Of a stretch of DNA of 64,000 nt, positions 59,544-64,000 are shown piece after piece. A program made the translations under genes and the position numbers. Positions within the stretch are counted from its first letter, which is position 1, and the number at the start of each line of letters is the position of its first letter. Source of the stretch: Candidatus Bathyarchaeia archaeon. Its GTDB lineage: Archaea > Thermoproteota > Bathyarchaeia > Bathyarchaeales > Bathycorpusculaceae. The stretch spans positions 64,001-128,000 of the forward strand of contig JBEKBM010000001.1 in NCBI GenBank assembly GCA_050015395.1, written 5' to 3'. Under the pieces are notes generated by a model that worked only from the letters and a program-made list of their open reading frames with translations, was not told the DNA's origin and made no database searches.

Positions 59544-60908
59544 TTATTCTTGCTGTCGCAGCATAGCTTTTGATCGGAGCACAGCACCTTTCAGGTCAAT
59601 TCTTGCGGGGCAAACGTAACTACAGTGTCCACAGCCAGTGCAATAATCCGCATTTAGCTTGCTCATGGCATCGATGTTCATTTTATCAAACGCTTGCTTA
59701 ATCAGTATCGGGCTGAGATTGTGGCAGCATACACGCATGCAAGCACCGCATCTCATGCATTGGTATTCTTTGACTTTTTCAGGGGCGAATGCTTTGGCTT
59801 TAGGCAGTTTGGGCTCTTTCGATTCGGTGGTGGGTTTGAGCTTGCCAACTCTATCAAGTGCTGGTACAGTTAAGTTCATAATGACTAGCGCTACAAAGGA
59901 GGCGCCGAAGAACTGCATGTAGGTTATCATGAGCACGGTCAATATTGCCACGCCGACTCCGAAAATTACCTGTCCAGTATATGTTAACGGTGTAGTCGCA
60001 GGATCTGTTGCCATGAAGAAGGCCAGGAATATTGAACTTCCGATGAACAGCAAGAACAAAAGTCGTACAGTAACACCTGCATCACCATAAGCAAAAGACA
60101 AGAGCAATGACATTATGGCAACGGTCACAAAGTAAGCTCCAGTTATTCTCCATTTCACGTATTTGCGCGCTACGATAAAGAAGCCTATGCCAACGATGAT
60201 GACTGCAACGGTACAGGCTCCTCCAGGCCAAGCGTGGAACTTATCTAGAAACATTATTTGAAGCAAGTTGTTAGTTGTTGCTGCTGGAGCCTTGAGGTTG
60301 GCGTTAGAAAAACAGGCGATCATATAGCTACCAAATCCGGCTAGGCCATTGCCTTTTACTGCGCTGGCTAAGCCAATTGGACCCGCCAATGAAGGTACGC
60401 CAAGCAAAGAGCTTTTTAGATGATCTATTGCTATTAGCAACGTGTTAATGAAGGGTATCATAACGACTAGTTTTGCAGCTGCCGCAGGATTCACGTATTT
60501 TCTGCCTGTAAGACCGACGATTTTTTTGAAAACGACCAAACCTATGGCAGACATTAGGGCAACAAAGGCGAAACATTGAGGTGCCTCCAGAGGAAACAGG
60601 TCGACTGTGGCCATACTGGGGATGCCGAGTACGTAGATGTCAGTGACGATTAAGCCAAAAACGGCGGCGGACATGAGGTTAAGTGGGCTGTCAACTGTGA
60701 CTTTGTGCAGTAGAGCGTCAAGTCCTACGGCGATACCGACAGCGATTATGGCGTTGATAGCTAATGTAAGCCCTAGGTTCCAGCCATCTGGGCTTTTCTC
60801 AGCGGACCAGAGAACTGCTGATATGACGGTAATTATAACGAGTGAGACGAAGGTGTAAGTCATCAGTTTATCTTTAGTCATCGATGAATATTCTTTTGGT
60901 TTAGACAT
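59544..60908 (-). CDS. RnfD/NqrB-family membrane protein fused to an RnfC-like 2x[4Fe-4S] domain
   Basis: SAAV.GL, K...G..G....NPA, WRI, FFMATDPATTP, G..IFG and N..VP.LD, then CMRCGACMRVC...LSP and CTGCGHCSYVCPARI. Confidence 0.85.
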   Translation of the reverse strand: MSKPKEYSSMTKDKLMTYTFVSLVIITVISAVLWSAEKSPDGWNLGLTLAINAIIAVGIAVGLDALLHKVTVDSPLNLMSAAVFGLIVTDIYVLGIPSMATVDLFPLEAPQCFAFVALMSAIGLVVFKKIVGLTGRKYVNPAAAAKLVVMIPFINTLLIAIDHLKSSLLGVPSLAGPIGLASAVKGNGLAGFGSYMIACFSNANLKAPAATTNNLLQIMFLDKFHAWPGGACTVAVIIVGIGFFIVARKYVKWRITGAYFVTVAIMSLLLSFAYGDAGVTVRLLFLLFIGSSIFLAFFMATDPATTPLTYTGQVIFGVGVAILTVLMITYMQFFGASFVALVIMNLTVPALDRVGKLKPTTESKEPKLPKAKAFAPEKVKEYQCMRCGACMRVCCHNLSPILIKQAFDKMNIDAMSKLNADYCTGCGHCSYVCPARIDLKGAVLRSKAMLRQQE

Positions 60909-61159
60909 TATTTCTTAATCTCCTTGATTTCTCCTTTCAATTTAGCGCTGGTTGGTTTTATAAGACTTTCCCAAAGCCTATGCATGTTCTATATCTAAGA
61001 AGGAAAAATAAGAAAGCAAAAGCCAACGGGTTTTCTTTTGAAGATCAAAATTGCCTCACTTGATTGATTTCTGCAACCTTTGCAGAGAAATAGAAAGCTG
61101 GTTTCTAGGAGTAAGTTTTATATCGCATTAACTAATCTTATTTTCAACCGTGATATTAC

Positions 61160-62239
61160 ATGGCTCCAAATAAGTCACCATTGTACATGGTGGTTTGGCG
61201 GTGTACAAGGAACTGTGTTGGCAATTGCATGTACTGCAGTTATACCAAAGACTATGCTAAAGACACCGAGCTGGACACCAAAGGTGCCAAAAAGATGGTT
61301 GACGAAATCCATGACTTCGGTTCGCCATGGTTTGGCATTAGCGGCGGAGAACCCTTGATTCGAGAGGACATCTTTGAAGTTATTGCTTATGCTGAAGAAA
61401 AGTATGACATGGAAATTAGTCTTATCACAAGTGGGTTTGCGTTTGATGAGGAACGGTTTGATAAGCTTAGAAAGTATAATGTTCACACGGCAATCAGCAT
61501 TGATGGAAACAGGGAATCAAATGAAATTATTCGACGCAAAGGTAGCTATGACAAAGCAGTATATGCTATGAAGAAGCTCTCCGAGGTTGGATTACTAGAC
61601 TGCTTAGTCACAACCATGACCAAGTATAACATCAAGCACATGGCGCACCCTGCAGCACTTGCAGAGGAATACAAAGCCCGTATGCTTGTCTACCATAACC
61701 TAGTTCCAGTTGGCAGAGCAGGAAGCAATATGCCTGACTTAGCACCGACACCTGAACAATATGAGGAAACTTTTAACGAAATATACGACATCCAAAGAAA
61801 ACTTATGGGCAAAGTTAAAGTCAACGTTTACTCGCCTTTCTACGCCAGAATCGTACGTCAGAAAAACCCAGTTGACTTCTGGGACTGGTATCATGAGGGC
61901 TATCTCGGCAGATGCACCATCGGCGGCAACTACGTTGGCATAACTGAAAACGGAGACTACCGTAGCTGCGGTTTCCATGAAGGCTACCGTTTAGGAAACG
62001 TCAAAGACAAGAAATTGACTAAGGTTTGGGATGATCTGCAACACAGCGAACTGCACCTGAAGTTGCGTGACAAGAGCAACATTAAGGGCAAATGCGGAGT
62101 TTGTGAGTACCGAGAAATCTGTGGTGGATGCAGAACCCGCGCCGAATACTACACGGGCGACCTGTTCGAGTCAGACCCAGCCTGCAACTACATACCAAAG
62201 CTGCTTCAGGAAGACCCAAAAGCCCTTAAAAAACAATAA
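61160..62239 (+). CDS. Radical SAM/SPASM protein (NirJ/AhbC-D/PqqE-like)
   Basis: CVGNCMYC, SGGEPL, SIDG, VPVGR and SPASM CGVC.Y..ICGGCR.RA...DPAC. Confidence 0.9.
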   Translation: MAPNKSPLYMVVWRCTRNCVGNCMYCSYTKDYAKDTELDTKGAKKMVDEIHDFGSPWFGISGGEPLIREDIFEVIAYAEEKYDMEISLITSGFAFDEERFDKLRKYNVHTAISIDGNRESNEIIRRKGSYDKAVYAMKKLSEVGLLDCLVTTMTKYNIKHMAHPAALAEEYKARMLVYHNLVPVGRAGSNMPDLAPTPEQYEETFNEIYDIQRKLMGKVKVNVYSPFYARIVRQKNPVDFWDWYHEGYLGRCTIGGNYVGITENGDYRSCGFHEGYRLGNVKDKKLTKVWDDLQHSELHLKLRDKSNIKGKCGVCEYREICGGCRTRAEYYTGDLFESDPACNYIPKLLQEDPKALKKQ

Positions 62240-62271
62240 ACACACCATTCTTTTCTTTCTGTCATTCCTGT

Positions 62272-62405
62272 GAACAAATGCTCAAGAACTATCCGCAACT
62301 AAAGAAAGAAGATGCGATCGCTGTTTTGAAATATGCCGCCTAGATTCTTACCGAAGAGAAGGTTTACCCGCTACCTTGACCCGTTTATAGCTAGATGAAA
62401 ACCCA
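62272..62405 (+). pseudogene. Remnant of a DUF433 antitoxin and possible start of a DUF5615 PIN toxin
   Basis: EQMLKNYPQLKKEDAIAVLKYAA*ILTEEKVYPLP* with an internal TAG at 62341, followed by an LDENP fragment. Confidence 0.6.
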
Positions 62406-62499
62406 AAGAACCCGTTAGTGACACTGCACATACATACAAAGACGCTACGTGAAAAAAACGCTTATTCTGGGCTTTAGGAAAAAACATTCTTCTTTATTT

Positions 62500-64000
62500 T
62501 CAAGTTTGCGTTTGATTGTAATTGCTTAAGATTTTGAAGATGTCGTACCTATCGTTTGAATAAATTAGTTCTAAAAATGAGCAGCTGGCCATATTACTAT
62601 TAAGTTGGTTTTTGTCATAAACGATGAATTCTATGTTATTTTCTGCGATGTAGTCCTTAAAGTCTAAGGTGGATACTGTAAATTGGCCGGGTTTGAAATT
62701 GAAGAGGTTTTCCAGTTCGTTTGGCTGCAATGTTGGAAAACTGTTTTTTGAAAGGGTGAGAACTTGATACTGCCGTGTAACTGTCTGGTTGATGTTGAGT
62801 TCGTTGAATTGGTATTGGAATCTCACAGCATCTATTTGTCTACTTGCCAAGGCACCGATGTTTCCCCAATTGGGCAAATCAGTAAAGTTAAAAGCGAAAG
62901 CAATCTGGTCTTTGTCATCATAGAGGCCTATGTAGTTATCTTTTAAGTCTAAGTTTGAAAAATTAACAACTGCCCATTGTGTTCCATCAGTAGTTTTTGA
63001 AGGCACATCCCATGGGTTAACCCAGTTCATAAGTTGAGGTATCTGCGCTTCATCAAAGTTAAATTGAAGGTCAAAATAAGTGCTTAAGTATAATGTTACA
63101 TTAGAAATATCGTTATTTAAGGGAGTGACAGCCCAAGAGACATTAATTGGGTAACTATCATTCTGAACAAGCATCGTATCCGTTAATTCCACATAGTCAT
63201 TGGAGTACAGGAACTCTACCTTTGCGGGGTAACTTTGTTCATCAAAAGATACCTCCCTGCTTAAGTCAGAGAGAGCAAAATTGTAATTTGTGCCATTTTG
63301 GGTGAATGATATGAAATCTCCAGCTGTAGAAGAGTAGGAAACTCGATACCAGACCTGATTTATGGGTACGTAATTTTCGTCGGTAATATCACCGTTCGCC
63401 TCGTAAGCCTTCACCAAAGTTTGTGAACCCTGAATTTCGTAAGACAGACTCAAAACGGACTGGGCAATTTCATTTGTTCCCTCGGCAGCGTTGGTTTGCG
63501 CAATTACGGTTTTGCCAGAAAAGATTGAAAACCAAAAGCCGGGAATTTGGGTAACAACTACAGTTGCGTCACCAGGATAGTTTTGATTAAGCCAAACTCC
63601 AGCATCATACGCTTTTATGTCAGATGTCGAGTAGAAAACGCTGGCTTCCATTATTTTCCCGTACACAGTGTCTGAACGAAAAACAATTAGCAGACACATT
63701 AATACAATTAAAGAGACAGTAGCTATCTTTAACCAATTTTTGCGCAATCCTTGTTTGTTTTTGGCGTAGTAGGCTGAGAACTTTTCCACTATAAAGACAA
63801 CGGAAACAGCCGCGAAAATTGCCATCGGGGGCGTCAAATAGTAAATGAACCATTGAAAAGGCATGTACAAACCAAAAAGGTAAGACTCAGCGAAAAAAAG
63901 AGGAACAAAGAAACTAAGAAGCAATATCAAGTAAAAAAGCGGCTTCTTATTTACCCTCAACAACAGGTAATATGCAATGAAAATGCCACTTAAAGCCAAG
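62500..64000 (-). CDS. Partial large membrane protein (possibly GT-C-like), 5-prime end outside the window
   Basis: The frame is open to the window edge. Several TM helices are followed by a large Asn-rich extracellular domain (A..WL..N, I.FIV.D, IF.I). Confidence 0.7.
   Translation of the reverse strand, partial: LALSGIFIAYYLLLRVNKKPLFYLILLLSFFVPLFFAESYLFGLYMPFQWFIYYLTPPMAIFAAVSVVFIVEKFSAYYAKNKQGLRKNWLKIATVSLIVLMCLLIVFRSDTVYGKIMEASVFYSTSDIKAYDAGVWLNQNYPGDATVVVTQIPGFWFSIFSGKTVIAQTNAAEGTNEIAQSVLSLSYEIQGSQTLVKAYEANGDITDENYVPINQVWYRVSYSSTAGDFISFTQNGTNYNFALSDLSREVSFDEQSYPAKVEFLYSNDYVELTDTMLVQNDSYPINVSWAVTPLNNDISNVTLYLSTYFDLQFNFDEAQIPQLMNWVNPWDVPSKTTDGTQWAVVNFSNLDLKDNYIGLYDDKDQIAFAFNFTDLPNWGNIGALASRQIDAVRFQYQFNELNINQTVTRQYQVLTLSKNSFPTLQPNELENLFNFKPGQFTVSTLDFKDYIAENNIEFIVYDKNQLNSNMASCSFLELIYSNDRYDIFKILSNYNQTQT

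Noticed and set aside
62341-62343. In-frame TAG considered as pyrrolysine or readthrough
   Set aside because: The gene also lacks its N-terminal half and no pyl genes are visible, so decay is the simpler explanation.
156-63853. Numerous 60-180 aa ORFs antisense to or overlapping well-supported genes (e.g. 5119-5478, 12173-12598, 17842-18264, 43169-43717, 56779-57243)
   Set aside because: They are shadow ORFs with no recognisable motifs, lying on top of confidently identified genes.
1-64000. tRNA or rRNA genes
   Set aside because: No cloverleaf, T-loop GTTCRAATC context or rRNA-like GC-rich tract was found by eye. A tRNAscan-SE or Infernal run would be decisive.

Overview
Archaeal chromosomal segment, most consistent with Bathyarchaeia (TACK superphylum). 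This assignment is inferred from Elf1, the Gar1-TFB and rpl7Ae-rps28e-rpl24e clusters, Alba, Hel308, F420-dependent Mtd and a membrane-anchored PQQ-like beta-propeller. The housekeeping content includes rtcB and archease, adk, an M42 peptidase, a complete seven-gene DAP lysine operon using DapL, rpl40e (missing from the ORF track), sucCD, aspS and purB. A surface-glycosylation island at about 42.9-51.9 kb contains pseudogenes. I found no rRNA, tRNA or CRISPR array by eye. Four things stand out. (1) An F420-dependent mtd sits next to an NAD(P)-dependent MtdA/B-type enzyme that carries an N-terminal TraB/ChaN-like domain. (2) An Fe-S operon pairs a degenerate, probably non-catalytic IscS with IscU and an intact SufS. 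(3) An orphan RnfD fused to an RnfC-like 2x[4Fe-4S] domain lacks the canonical flavinylation motif and lies among two radical SAM genes, an S-component-like membrane protein, a TrmB regulator and a surface beta-propeller. (4) Several decayed mobile-element relics are present (integrase tail with a fold-back, a phage-type DNA methyltransferase, a DUF433 antitoxin), along with drifting 10-11 bp phased repeats. All family assignments come from motifs recognised by eye, not from database searches.
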